Of a DNA stretch of 22,033 nt, positions 1 through 10,954 are shown in pieces. The position numbers were made by a program, and so were the translations under genes. The number at the start of each line of letters is the position of its first letter. The stretch's first letter is position 1. The stretch lies in contig JAKMXF010000098.1 of assembly GCA_024704765.1 (NCBI GenBank), positions 2,682 to 24,714 on the forward strand. Direction: 5' to 3'. Source of the stretch: Oopsacas minuta. Its lineage: Eukaryota > Animalia > Porifera. The notes under the pieces are model-generated. The model saw only the letters and a list, made by a program, of their open reading frames with translations, had not been told where the DNA came from and ran no database searches.

Positions 1-200
1 GAATTAATTTCGCATCTTCTCCATCAAAAGAATTAATTACTACGTATGTATTTCTGATATAAATTCGTTACCTTTACTATAAATCATCTTACCTCACTTT
101 GCTAACACAGAACTTCTATGTTTAGGTTTACGATATCAGAACTGTAACATTAGATTCTTCTGAAATCATTCATCCCAAATTAATTGAGTATATTTGCAAT

Positions 201-338
201 ATTATTTAGCCATTTAAAACCTGTGAAATTATTAACAAAAATTGGCCAATCAAAAGTGGAGCGAAATGTCGTGGAACGAAATGTCCCTGGAACGAAATGT
301 CTGGAACGAAATGTCGTGGAACGAAATGTCGGTATCCG
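201..338. mobile_element. One terminal inverted repeat (~138 bp) of a minisatellite-bearing non-autonomous DNA transposon (MULE/foldback-like); body extends leftwards
   Basis: 201-330 is the reverse complement of 10769-10897 (ATTATTTAGCCATTTAAAACCTGT...CAATCAAAAGTGGAGCG plus 5 tandem units). It ends with 8 nt GGTATCCG followed by ATTAAAAAT (339-347), the same 9-mer that precedes the other end (10752-10760). 9-bp TSDs and long TIRs are typical of MULEs. Confidence 0.7.
256..330 (+). repeat. Tandem minisatellite, 5 x ~15 bp (GTGGAACGAAATGTC)
   Basis: Units read directly: 256-270, 271-285, 286-301, 302-315, 316-330. No spacers between them. Confidence 0.95.
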
Positions 339-347
339 ATTAAAAAT

Positions 348-1602
348 TCAGCCTACTACAGTCAATATTTTATGAATTAGAGCAAATGTTCCAAATGACC
401 TCCTTTGAGTTCTGTACATTTCTTGAGTCGTACCACCAAGTTGTCCGTGACATTTTTGCATACAGTGGTCGGCATCTTTCTAATTTCTTCTCTGATATTT
501 TCCTTCAACTCGCTGATGGTTCTAGGCTTAGTAGAATAAACTCGGTCATTAAGATAGCCCCACAAGTAGAAGTCAGGAGGGTTTAAGTCGGGACTATAGG
601 GGGCCCACTCAAAATTCGTCTTGAGACTGATGACTCTTGCTTCAAAGTGTTATTTGAGCCAGTCCCTGGAGAAATTGAGGTGTGCGAGCTCGCTCCATCT
701 TGTTGGAACCAAAAGTGATTCAGAAGTGATGGGTAGAGGACTCTGAGTTGCTCCCAGAAGAGCTCAAGAACCTGGACATAACGTCTTTCGTAACTGTAAC
801 AGCCCTATCATTTTCTTCAAAAAAGAATGGTCCTATGATCCCTTTCGCCGAAATGGCTGCCCATACTGTGCATTTTTCGGAGTGTAGTGGTTTCATTGCA
901 ACTTCCATTGGTCTCTGGGTTCGCCAGAACACGTTTGTCTTGGAGTTGATTTTTCCATTTAGATAAATGTGAGCTTCATCGGACATCCAAAGTAGTGAAA
1001 GAAATCGGCCCTGACATTCAATTATTTCTAGCAAATTCTTGGACATTTTAAGCCTTTTGGACTTATCACCAACTGTTAACATTGTTTTGTTTGTATACGG
1101 TATGGAAACCTCTTAATATCATCAATTAGGATCCTCCTGATAGTGCTTGCAGATATTATTCTATCCAATGACAATGATTGACTCCTCCGCCTGATTGACC
1201 GTTTTTGGACTGAATTCAACAGAATTTCGGACCTTCTCAATAACTTTTGCTGTTCGTTTCTTTCTCTAACCAGTATGTGTTAGTCTGTCATCACACTTAC
1301 TATTGAGGTTTTGAACTGTCCCATACTTCCTAAAATTCTCTACCCAAAGATAGATCATCGATTTATCGGGAGCAACTTGGGTCTGGAATGATGTACGAAA
1401 TTGCGTCTTTACAGTCTCGTATGAGGAGGTATTAAAATAATGTTCCACGCAGAAAATTCGGTGCTGCAGTATCCAATTTGGCATTTTCTGATCGTTTAGA
1501 CTCAAACTAATTATAATCAAAAAGAATAAATAGGATTGGTTAAGAAATAAAGATAGGATACCCGTAAAACATTTTGGGTTGCATTTTTTTTTAATCAACC
1601 TG
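348..1602 (-). mobile_element. Tc1/mariner element, rosa/DD41D-like, main body; its missing end lies at 10638-10760
   Basis: TIR 1572-1602 followed by TA (1603-1604). Its reverse complement TACAGGTTGATTAAAAAAAAATGCAACCCAAAA matches 10636-10668 at 28/33. Contains a disrupted transposase. Confidence 0.8.
377..1484 (-). pseudogene. Disrupted DDD transposase with DUF4817-like N-terminal HTH (rosa/DD41D-like)
   Basis: MPNWILQHRIFCVEHYF...WVENFRKYGTV; WMSDEAHIYLNG; VWAAISAKGIIGPFFF; FQQDGASSHT...EWAPYSPDLNPPDFYLWGYL; GGHLEHLL*. D2-D3 spacing is 41 after repairing a 1-bp deletion. Several frameshifts and stops. Confidence 0.85.
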
Positions 1603-1913
1603 TATTAATCCCAAATTGGGCGATGTATCTAGTACGTAGCTCATTACAATTTCCTAAATCAAGGGAAAATCGTCTTGAGTGAGTTACTAATTTTCACTCG
1701 ATTACATGAATTTGTCCTAATTAAGCGGAGTAGACTGTCTAATAATACTGGCATTGTAGGGACGCCGGAATCACAAACTCACTGATGCAGCATTCATCAC
1801 ATCTCACCATTAATATATATTGATAATTATTGGTTCGGAGCGACCGCCGAACCTGAAACACCACCTCATAAGGCCCTTTACTGTAAACTTCCGTTATAAG
1901 CAAACATTAATTA

Positions 1914-3224
1914 CAGGGTGGTTTTTAAGTCCTGACCCCTATATTTGCAGTTTTACAACAAGCATAATATACTTTCTTAGGTTATGATATTTATATATGT
2001 TGTATATGTATGTAGTCTAGCATAATTACTACTTAGAACTGAGTAATATTTCTACACGATCCTTGACTGCTTAGATGGAAAGACAACGGTCTGCTATAAT
2101 TGAATTATTTATGAGTGGGAAGCGCCAATGTGACATTATGAGATCATTGAATATCCCGAAAGAGCGGAGGAAATGTGTTTATAGTACTATCCAGCGTTAT
2201 CTTGAGACTAGTAATGTCAAAGACAAAAGTAGAAGTAGACGTCCAATTACTGTAACCACAACCAGGATGAAGAAAATAATCAGAGACAGAATTCGGCGAA
2301 ATCCACGCCGATCAATGAGAAAACTGTCATCTGAACTCAAAATATCGCGTATATCAGTTCATAAGATTGTGAAAAGTTCTCTGGGTCTATCTTCTTACAA
2401 ACGAAGAAAGGTACACTATCTCTCAAATGGGATTCGACAAAAACGATTACTTCGTAGCAAAAAGCTTCTTAGTCGGCTCGTAGAACATGGTTATCATAAT
2501 GTAGACATAAGCCTACTTTTCAATAAGTGTTAACTCCTCCGGTCATTGAGAGTTTTGCTGTCCTAGAATAGAAGATGAAGAAGGTGATATAATGAAGAAC
2601 TTCGCTATGTTCGGAGAGTCCAAAAACCACTTTCAGTGATAATTTGGGAAGGGGTCTCCGGTTTTGGAACGACACCACTGATATTTGTCCCCCAGGGTGT
2701 AAAAGTCAACTCTACAGAATACAAGGATCGTATTTTAGAACCCGTAGTGAAAGACCTGGGTGCTTGCATGTTTAACAAGAATCGATTCTTGTTTCAACAA
2801 GATGGGGCTCCAGCCCATACAGCTCGTACCACTCAGACCTGGCTATCAGAAAATATTCCCGATTTTATCACTAAAGATGAATGGCAACCGTCTAGTCCAG
2901 ATCTAAATCCCATGGATTTATCTCTATGGGCGATAATGGAGGAAATGCATGCGCAAATCTCATACTAATATAGCGTCTTTAAAGAAGGATCTACTTCGTG
3001 AATGGGCTAGAATTCCAGAAGAAACACTGCGCGCCGCAGTAGAGGCAGTGTCAGGACGTCTACGAGCAGTAATCACAAAGAAAGGTGCCTACATTGAATA
3101 ATTTAATCAAATATAATTAGTTCCAATATGTGTTTTGAAATCTCGATCAGTAAATCTGTGTAAGAATAGTCCAGCAATGTGGACAATGAAATATAAAATG
3201 GGTCAGGACTTAAAAGCAGCCCTG
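1914..3224 (+). mobile_element. maT (DD37D) Tc1/mariner element, full length (1311 bp), defective
   Basis: 25-bp TIRs at 1914-1938 (CAGGGTGGTTTTTAAGTCCTGACCC) and 3200-3224, 3 mismatches. TA on both flanks (1912-1913, 3225-3226). Confidence 0.92.
2075..3101 (+). pseudogene. Disrupted DD37D (maT/Bmmar1-like) transposase
   Basis: HTH ORF 2075-2533 (RRNPRRSMRKLS); ORF 2636-2968 with FQQDGAPAHTA...SPDLNPMD (37 residues between D2 and D3); C-terminus KKGAYIE*. The first catalytic D region is damaged. Confidence 0.9.
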
Positions 3225-3233
3225 TATATGGCT

Positions 3234-3378
3234 AAACTCACGCTATAACAAAGTGATTCATAAACCTCCCCCAGCTGAAAGTATTGATCTTACTCCGCAT
3301 ATATCTTAATTCTGCAGATCACGAAATATAACCGGGGACCGTACCCATCCAGAACAATTCGTTATAATGAGAGTGTGT
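3234..3378. mobile_element. Possible degenerate MITE with pogo/Tigger-like ends
   Basis: AAACTCACGCTATAACAAAGTGATTC near 3235 loosely matches the reverse complement of GAACAATTCGTTATAATGAGAGTGT near 3352-3376. Ends and TSD are not clean. Confidence 0.25.
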
Positions 3379-3838
3379 TGCAGTTACAAACTGAGTACAC
3401 TTGCTCAAGTTTTGCTATAATAGACATTTGACCCCGCACATTTGGTTCAGACAAAAAAATACCACCCGTATTATATTCGGTATCCAAAACTTGATACTTT
3501 TGCTCTGCACTGGCTAAATATTATCGGGGTATACAGCGGAAGTGTCAACCCCATACTAGTCAACATGAGTGAATATAAAAGCTGGACAAAAGGGGCTAAT
3601 TGAGCGGGACATTCTCGGATGCAGCATATTTGTATTAGACTGGACTACAAAATAGGGGGACAATTAGAGCCTTGTCAAGTTTTGGCTGGACATTAGCCTC
3701 ATTGACAGTCAACCCATATTCGGGGCGAGTAATCGTGGTTTCCTGCCAACGAACGGACAGTTGGCAAGTATGGTGCGTTTGAACGACTTCACCTACAGGA
3801 TGCAATTAAGTTGCAAGCATAATATTAAATATAATGTA

Positions 3839-4230
3839 ATATTTAGTGTTGTAGACAGAATTATGTACCAACCAGCTTTCCTTTAAAGTAACAAGAATTA
3901 CTTGCAGTGAAATACACTGAATTACAAATAAATGAACATGAAAGAGAAGAGTAACAAGCGTGTATAACCGCAATATCAACAGTATGAGCATTCCTATGGT
4001 AATCGTAATGTCTAAATCAATAGAATTTGACTATAGTGAGTAATACAATTTTCCCTATAGGTTTTGGCTCAGGAAGTAAATTTTTCGTAAGTTTGTCAAT
4101 TTTAATCCGATTTTGGAGTTCTTTAGCTCTATCAACTTCTCTCAACCAGTTCTTAAACGGTACATATAGGGATATTTGACCACATTAAAAAAGTTGAGCC
4201 GTGTAAGATTGTGCATTTGTACCGAATATT
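3839..4230 (+). repeat. Unclassified interspersed repeat, copy 1 (~390 bp)
   Basis: Reverse complement aligns with 5895-6086 and 21728-22033. 5 differences in the 107 nt shared with copies 2 and 3. Confidence 0.9.
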
Positions 4231-5893
4231 GATTTCAGGGATTGAACCTAAAATTGACATACGCTGTCCACCATTTGGCTGATAATAGTCAGACCCTTCA
4301 CGCCAAATCATATCATTATAAAACGAAACGAATATAAGGGAATTACCCATAAGACAGAGGCATCACAAAAAAATTATAGGAAATATTCGGTAAGACAGAT
4401 ATACATCTAAAAGTGGGTGAAGGATCCAATGTAGGACGAATAAACACATTGATATGCCTCACAATTGAGATCAGATTAACTATTTCAATCATAATGAATT
4501 CTGTTCACCATATTATGTTATTGAACATTCCACCCAAACAATTATGACAAGACTATCAGAATTGAATCACAATTCATAATGCGATACCACATGAGGTACA
4601 TCTTCACCAAAGTACCAAATGTTGCAATTCGTAACTTAATTCCACAAAATAGCTTACGCCAACTGATATTGCGAGTCGATATCATCAATGTGCACAACAA
4701 CCGATAACGCTGAGGAAATTTCCAACACACTTATAGCATAGTCAGAGTCTCTAACCAATCTCACAACAAGAAATTTTGTGGATGAAGTGTTCGGATCTTC
4801 TTGTTAGTAAATTGTAAGAAACAAGCGAATTAGATTGAAGTATATTCGAAGCTATCGCAAGAGATGGAATTTAGCCCTAAATGAATAAATGTGATATTAT
4901 TTTGAGGAATATAAGAAGAATATAGTTTAGGAGTAGGGATTTATTAACTTGATTCTTGTAGAAATAATCAGGTATCCGTAGCCACAATTTGGGAAATTCC
5001 TCGAGAATTGAAAAATGTTTGTGACGAAGAAAAACCAAGTCGACGAACAATACAATGTGATGGATAATAGCGTAATGACAACCCTGACAATTGGATTGAT
5101 AGGATTCTAACAAAAGTAATACAATACAGGTTATAGAAATGTTCTATCATGATTGAAAAACAAGATCAGAAAGTTCTAGTTCAGTTTACATCATAAATTC
5201 AACCACAAAAGATACAGAATAACTCTTACAGGAAATGCAAAAACAACATACTTAGAACCAATGATGTAGTTTGGGAATAATAAGAAAAAGTGCACAAAAT
5301 TGGAAAGCAAATTTAGAGTGTAAACTGGATGGTGAAAATTCAGGTAGTGTCTATAAGAAAGTAGAAGGTAGGGGAACACATTGAAACAACACCCCTTGGA
5401 TGTGGGAATAAGTATTTCACGTGGACGAATACATAAACTCTCATAACGCCAATGTGAAATTAGAAGAAAGATTCAAAGCATACTAAGGAACAAACTCTAA
5501 TGGAAGTTGGTTGAATGTAATTCATGATATTCAACCTTCCGAGAAGTCGATCAGGTTTCATACCCTGAATGATACAAATATTTGATGCTTATATAATGTG
5601 AATGTCATTCAATAAGTGGTCCTACTGCCATTCTTTGTGATTACGACTATGCGTAGATGATAATGGCTAACAATAATTCAGTTGCGCCCAACCCAACGGA
5701 ATATTTTCAATATAATTAAAAGTAAGGAAAATACTATATTTACTTTATTGATTAAATATCGGGACAATTATTTCAGCAATCTACAAATCTGCACTAGAAC
5801 GTAAAATACTAGACTAAACATAAATTTACTTAGGAATTAAAGAAAATTGATTTGAGAGATCTTGATTCCTCTCATTAAGGGAAGAGTTGAGTG

Positions 5894-5894
5894 N
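5894..5894. other. Single-N assembly junction
   Basis: Literal N. Repeat copy 2 begins immediately after it. Confidence 0.85.
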
Positions 5895-6086
5895 TCAAAT
5901 TCTATTGATTTATACATTACAATTACCATAGGAATGCTCATACTGTTGATATTGCGGTTATACACGCTTGTTACTCTACTCTTTCATGTTCATTTGTTTG
6001 CTATTCAGTGTATTTCACTGCAGGCAATTCCTATCACTTTAAAGGAAAACTGGTTGTTACCTAATTCTGTCTACAACACTAAATAT
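5895..6086 (-). repeat. Unclassified interspersed repeat, copy 2 (truncated at N)
   Basis: Inverted relative to 3839-4030. 5895-6001 is identical to 21927-22033. Confidence 0.9.
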
Positions 6087-6182
6087 ACAATGCAACATTT
6101 CATTAAATATTTTATACAGTGGCACCTCGATAATTCAACCTAGCTAATGGAATTCCCGATATGATGCATGTATTTGCATATA

Positions 6183-7519
6183 CAAGGTGTCTCAAAATTA
6201 TTGCCCTGTTGCGCTATGGCACATAATATGCTATAACTGAACCTTAAAACAGTATAGAATTAGTTATAGTGATTGAAGAATTGAAATATAACTGTTATTC
6301 AACTCGAAATATTGCAGCTGCTATTTTTAAGTATTTAAAAAAATTTTGTTCTCTTTTCCCTACTGGATTTATCGCCCAATATAGATGTCAATGAAAATAA
6401 ATTACAGGTTATAGATCCTGCTATCGGTACGTTACTCGCAGGTTCTACTCAGAACTATGTAGCAAACAAACTTGGAAAGCATATCCGAACGGTTCGAAGG
6501 TGGTTGGCACAGTATAATTCTTCAAAAGACCTCTAACATAGAAAGGGGGTTGGAGGCCCAAAAAGCTAACAAGGCGGCCCAAAACCATTATTGCGAAATC
6601 TCTTGGAAAACCACACAAGTCAACGCGATGTATTGCTAAGCTAATTATCAGAACGTGTGCTCCTGTCTCAAAAGACACTATTCATCCCTATTTAACAAAA
6701 TATTTGGGAGTTAGGCCCTATAAGCGACCCAAACAGACAAAACTCTCTACAAAACAGAGAGATAACGGATTAAATTTCTGTCTGGCAAAGCAAAACTGGA
6801 CTGTTACTGACCGGAGAAACATCCTTTGGTCTGACGAATCTTCTTTCGAGCTATTTCACCCAACAATTCGCCAAAATGATAGGATATTGGCCAAGAATAA
6901 CTAGAATATCATGCAACAGTAAATGGTGAAATTTCCCCCGAAATTCATGGTTTCGGGGATGATGAACTTTCGAGCTATATCGCAATTACACTTCATCCCT
7001 CCCAAACAGGCAGTGAATACATCCTACTATAGAGAGGAAGATCCTGGCTAAGTCTTGTTTGGATAACCTTCGCACAACTAAAAATGAATTAGTTTTGGAA
7101 ATGAAAATGGTACCAAACATGTCAAAGGTTGTTTTTATGCAGGACTGTGCCCCTGCTCACACGTCCAAAATGTCCCAAGGTTGGTGCAAGGAGAACCTAG
7201 CAAACTATAGGGAAAAAACTCAATGGCCGGGGAACTCTCCTGACTTAAATCCAATTGAAAACCTATGGGGATATCTTCAGGATGAACTGAACAAGAGGGA
7301 GCCGGAAAAACTACTTCGGACCTGAAAATGCAGCTTAAATCTGCGTGGAAAGCTCTACAGCCAAGTTTTTGCAAGCGTTGGTAGATAGAATGCCGGAAAG
7401 AGTTAAAACTTACATCGAATTGGATGGTAAATATATATCCAAATGAATGGTAGTATTTTCCTCCTTTCTACGATTTTATAGCTAGAACTATAATAAGGCA
7501 ATAATTTTGGGATACCCTG
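6183..7519 (+). mobile_element. DD37E (ITmD37E/TRT-type) Tc1-like element, full length (1337 bp), defective
   Basis: 23-bp TIRs at 6183-6205 (CAAGGTGTCTCAAAATTATTGCC) and 7497-7519, 3 mismatches. TA on both flanks. Confidence 0.9.
6385..7446 (+). pseudogene. Disrupted DD37E transposase
   Basis: HTH GSTQNYVANKLGKHIRTVRRW; ILWSDESSFELFHP; FMQDCAPAHTS...WPGNSPDLNPIENLW (37 residues between D and E); ELDGKYISK*. Frameshifts and stops present. Confidence 0.9.
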
Positions 7520-7890
7520 TATTCTGTTTCCTAAAATGGTAGTTTAATTTGTATTACTCCGCCAAGGCAAAACAATTTTGATCGTTCGTTGGTGTCCGTA
7601 TCAATGTTAGAAACAAATTATATACTATTTAATCGCTAGTTATTGATCCAGCTTCTCTCCAGGTGCGTTAGTAATGTTATAACAAAGTTTTCATAGATTT
7701 CTACTTAAGATAGTGGACAGAATATGAAATATATGACACCACATGGATCGATATAATAATATGGGTAGTAGTTATATTTGGAGTAACTAATTAGTATTAA
7801 GCTTTCTATCTACTACTTTAACTACAAATCGACAATATAACAAGTACTGCTACAAAGAATCACCAAAGTAGAAGTATGGTACAGGTAGAC

Positions 7891-8820
7891 AACTGGGTAT
7901 TGTTTCCTTATTTCCATGATAAGGTTGGAGAAACTAGCTTCTTCGTATTTTTTCTGCCAACAAACTTCAGATAAGTGAGTATCTAAAAATATGGGGTTAG
8001 TAGTCATGCAATTCCTCAGCCGTTTCTTCGCACCACCCCATGTACTCTCAACTGTTTGCGTATGTACACCTGTAGTAGGCTCAACAAAATTGAGACTATT
8101 GTTGATGGTGAGATCGACTTTTGAACGTCGCCCCTATCTTAATATGCTACGGGTAAGCAGTCTTTCATACCATCACGGGCCTTCTTATATAGAGACCTAC
8201 TCTCCGACTAATGGTGCAGCCGACCTGTCTTGAACAGGTATCATAAAGATATCTTTTGTCTCTCTATCTATTCCTCCAAATACCCATTGACCTGATAGCA
8301 TACGACCACTTGAACACTTCCGATGTCTAAACTTTGGTTCATCAATTTCTCCATTATGCCCAGATCCTCCAATTGGTTGTGGATTGACTAAAAATTCCTC
8401 AACACATAGCTCTCTGAGAAAGTTCTTCCAGTCTGTTATAGTATGCTCTCCCCACCCCAGATTCTTGAGTAAAAAAGCAGTAGTTTGCAGATTATTGGCC
8501 CAGAAATAGAGAAATTCTACCAACTCAGTTAACAGTATATGAGCACTTTCAAAGAATGAGCCAATCTTCATGGAAGCGAATTTTTTGCATGACTTTTCCT
8601 GGCACCTCCACCCCTTTCAATCTGCAATACCTAAAATTTCCGAGTCACATAATTCTACTGCATTTGCATATCATCCCGATAGCTAAAAGTCCGTTACTTT
8701 TGAGCCATGCCAAACAAGTATCTTCTACTATAGTGATATTACGAAAAGTTGTTTTAATGCCATTTCTTCAATAACAGGAAATATTGTAGGAATCAGCAGA
8801 GGTTGAAACGATGGAGCACC
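7891..8820 (-). mobile_element. Merlin (IS1016/ISXO2-like) transposon remnant with disrupted transposase (ATG at 8763)
   Basis: N-terminal C-x-C and WRC-x4-C; IGSFFE; PIGGSGHNGEIDEPKF...GQWVFGGIDRETKDIFMIPVQDRSA; LTINNSLNFVEPTTGVHTQTVESTW; DTHLSEVCWQKKY...IRKQYP. Candidate terminus GGTGCTCCATCGTTTCA (reverse strand from 8820); no partner TIR found. Confidence 0.88.
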
Positions 8821-8912
8821 TGCCATTAAGGATTCTATAATAGAAATATCACAATTCGACTAGTAAGAATTTGTTGGTTATATTTCCCTGATATTCATTT
8901 ATACTTGACTTA

Positions 8913-10240
8913 CAGTGTGTCAAGATGAAATTGAGACTATGTTTTGACCTAAGTTCCTAAAAAATAACCATCACAAGCCTCGAAATACGAGTTGATTTAA
9001 AACGTGTCTATAGACTAATATTTGATCTTAAAGCCATTACTCTGGATCACCATCTTCTGATGTTTAGGCATAGATTGCCAATAAGGTTTCAAAAATTCGG
9101 GTTCTATAGAATCCCAAATAGAGAGAAGGGTGTCTTCCAACCCACTAAGATTACGAGGAGGGTTCAAATCGATTTGATGTTTGATCCAAGCCCACAAATT
9201 TTCGATCGGGTATAGATCTGGGCTACAAGCAGGACATTCACGGAAGGTGTTAGCAACCTTTGACGTGCGCTTTTGATCGTTGTCTTCCTGAAAGACCCAG
9301 CCTTCAGGGTAAATACCTGAGCTTGTGTAATCAAACACTTGTTTAGGATGTTCCTATATAATTCTCCGGTGAGGTTCTGCCTAAAAACCTTCAACGGAAA
9401 GGTCTATGAGCTGAAATTGCTCTCCAAACTTAATTTTGGACTATGTTTGTTGCCTTGCTTGACCGTAGTTGGTCTCCTTTGCACCTCAGCCTTATTCTGT
9501 CACCAGCTAGCCAAATTGACATCTCATCGTTAAAAACAACTCGCTATCAGTCAGTTTGTTTGGTTTTCTTTGCCCACAACGCTCTTTGTTGTTTCTGTCG
9601 ATCCGTTAGCCAAGGAATATTCCTGGCAACCTTGTGGCTGTACACTCTCCTCTGTAGTTCCTTCTTGACGTCTCATGGGATAATCTGATCTGACGAAGAT
9701 GATTGAATCGACTGGTTAATTTTCGTATGGACATCTTGCGATTCAGATTTGCCAAGCTTACAAGAGATCTAGCATCGTTCACATGTAATATTCTTTGTTT
9801 TCTGGTTCCAGATTTCCTCTGTATATCACCACCCTGACGAAAATGGCTAGTATGCTGAAACAGTGCTCCTCGGAATAGCTGTTCGCTGATGTATTTCGCT
9901 ACCACTTGTAACCCCCGCATCGAAGAATTTGCGGATGAGGTCTCTTCGTTCTAGCTCCACCATACTGATTTTGTATTCCGACACAGAAGACAAATATGAG
10001 CCCAAAACTGATATTGGAGCGGTCTATGGGAAGATAACAGATATTTTCAGGAATATATATTCTAAGTAACTGACTTATAGGTTATTCGTGTATTCTAGAA
10101 TCAATAAACTAATGGTAACTTGATATACATGTATAAATGAATCATAAAACCAATGTGTTTCATATCTAACCATTGCAAATGAAGAAATTCTGAAAATATA
10201 CACAATTACACGAAAGCCTTAATTTCATCTTGGCAGACTG
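8913..10240 (-). mobile_element. Tc1 (DD34E-type) element, full length (1328 bp), defective
   Basis: 26-bp TIRs at 8913-8938 (CAGTGTGTCAAGATGAAATTGAGACT) and 10215-10240, 4 mismatches. TA on both flanks. Confidence 0.92.
9015..9963 (-). pseudogene. Disrupted Tc1 transposase
   Basis: MVELERRDLIRKFF start; VVFNDE; WVFQEDNDQKRTSK...PACSPDLYPIENLWAWIK; SNGFKIKY*. Apparent 8-codon deletion between D2 and E; many stops and frameshifts. Confidence 0.88.
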
Positions 10241-10637
10241 TAAGATTGATCCAAATGCATTGTGTGATCGTTTGAAATGTATTCTGTAAATATAGGTAAT
10301 AATTACATGTGGTTTGCATGCCACTTTCCTAACATTTGTTGTTCAACTCAGTAACCAGACAAACAGCTTTCCAATTATACTAAATTTTGTATGTAATTGA
10401 TACTGGTATAACTAAGAACACGTCAATAAATCTATACAATAGAAAATAAATCCGAAACGACATATTTTTAGCACACTTCTCATGTTCAATCTCAAGCATA
10501 TTTACCATATTTTAGGTGATTGTTGGGTGTAAAGAAAATTTATGCAAATAATCCCATAATCAAATAAATTTCTCATTCGGATCAATATATTGTCTTCCAA
10601 TAACAATATTTAGTAAATAGAATTTGATTTGACTATA

Positions 10638-10760
10638 CCGGGCGATTCAAAAAAAATGCTACCCAAAAGTAAATGTTTGCAGTTCCGACAATTCTTAATC
10701 AAACTCAAGCAAACTCAGAACATATGTAGAATATTTATATTTTTAGTGCATATTAAAAAT
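10638..10760 (-). mobile_element. Detached terminal segment (TIR plus 3' UTR) of the rosa/DD41D-like element at 348-1602
   Basis: Starts TA|CCGGGCGATTCAAAAAAAATGCTACCCAAAA (28/33 to the TIR at 1572-1604) and ends in ATTAAAAAT, which recurs at 339-347. Confidence 0.7.
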
Positions 10761-10953
10761 GCAACTCCGACATTTCGTTCCAGACATTTCGTTCCACGGC
10801 ATTTCGTTCCACGACATTTCGTTCCACGACATTTCGCTCCACTTTTGATTGGTCAATTTTTGTTAATTATTTAACAGGTTTTAAATGGCTAAATAATTGA
10901 ACTAATTTCTTGTCTGAATTCGTTTGGTTAATTCTAGCATAAAAAAAATTGGT
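10761..10953. mobile_element. Other end of the minisatellite-TIR (MULE/foldback-like) element, truncated at N10954
   Basis: 8 nt GCAACTCC, then 5 tandem units, then ~55 bp matching the reverse complement of 201-255. Sequences diverge after ~10897. Confidence 0.7.
10769..10842 (-). repeat. Tandem minisatellite, 5 x ~15 bp (GACATTTCGTTCCAC)
   Basis: Read directly; reverse complement of the 256-330 array. Confidence 0.95.
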
Positions 10954-10954
10954 N
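10954..10954. other. Single-N assembly junction
   Basis: Literal N within the repeat element starting at 10761. Confidence 0.85.

Noticed and set aside
256-330. 15-bp repeats as a CRISPR array
   Set aside because: Units are head-to-tail with no spacers, there are no cas genes, and the context is eukaryotic.
1832-1853. GC-rich 7-bp stem (GGTTCGG/CCGAACC) as a Helitron 3' hairpin or terminator
   Set aside because: No CTRR terminus at the expected distance, and a stem this short can occur by chance.
3771-3780. TGGTGCGTT as a tRNA primer-binding site
   Set aside because: Only about 9 nt of similarity, with no LTR pair or gag/pol nearby.
4380-5400. A-rich stretch with protein-like segments between stops
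   Set aside because: Stops occur in all frames and there is no recognisable motif; I cannot tell it from noncoding DNA by eye.
3839-6086. Inverted copies 1 and 2 as TIRs of a 2.2-kb element
   Set aside because: Copy 2 starts at an N and is identical to the window end, so the pairing is probably an assembly juxtaposition. No TSD seen.
7552-7600. TATTACTCCGCCAAGG as the start of a Helentron-associated short element
   Set aside because: Only a short motif; the expected microsatellite and 3' stem are not evident.
9201-9284. Apparent novel DD26E catalytic spacing
   Set aside because: Flanking motifs are ordinary Tc1 (DNDxKxTS, SPDLxPIE) and the ORF is broken elsewhere. An 8-codon deletion from DD34E explains it.
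201-10897. The two minisatellite TIRs as the ends of one 10.7-kb composite transposon
   Set aside because: The putative termini and the 9-bp duplication face inward (338 and 10761), so the element body lies outside this interval.
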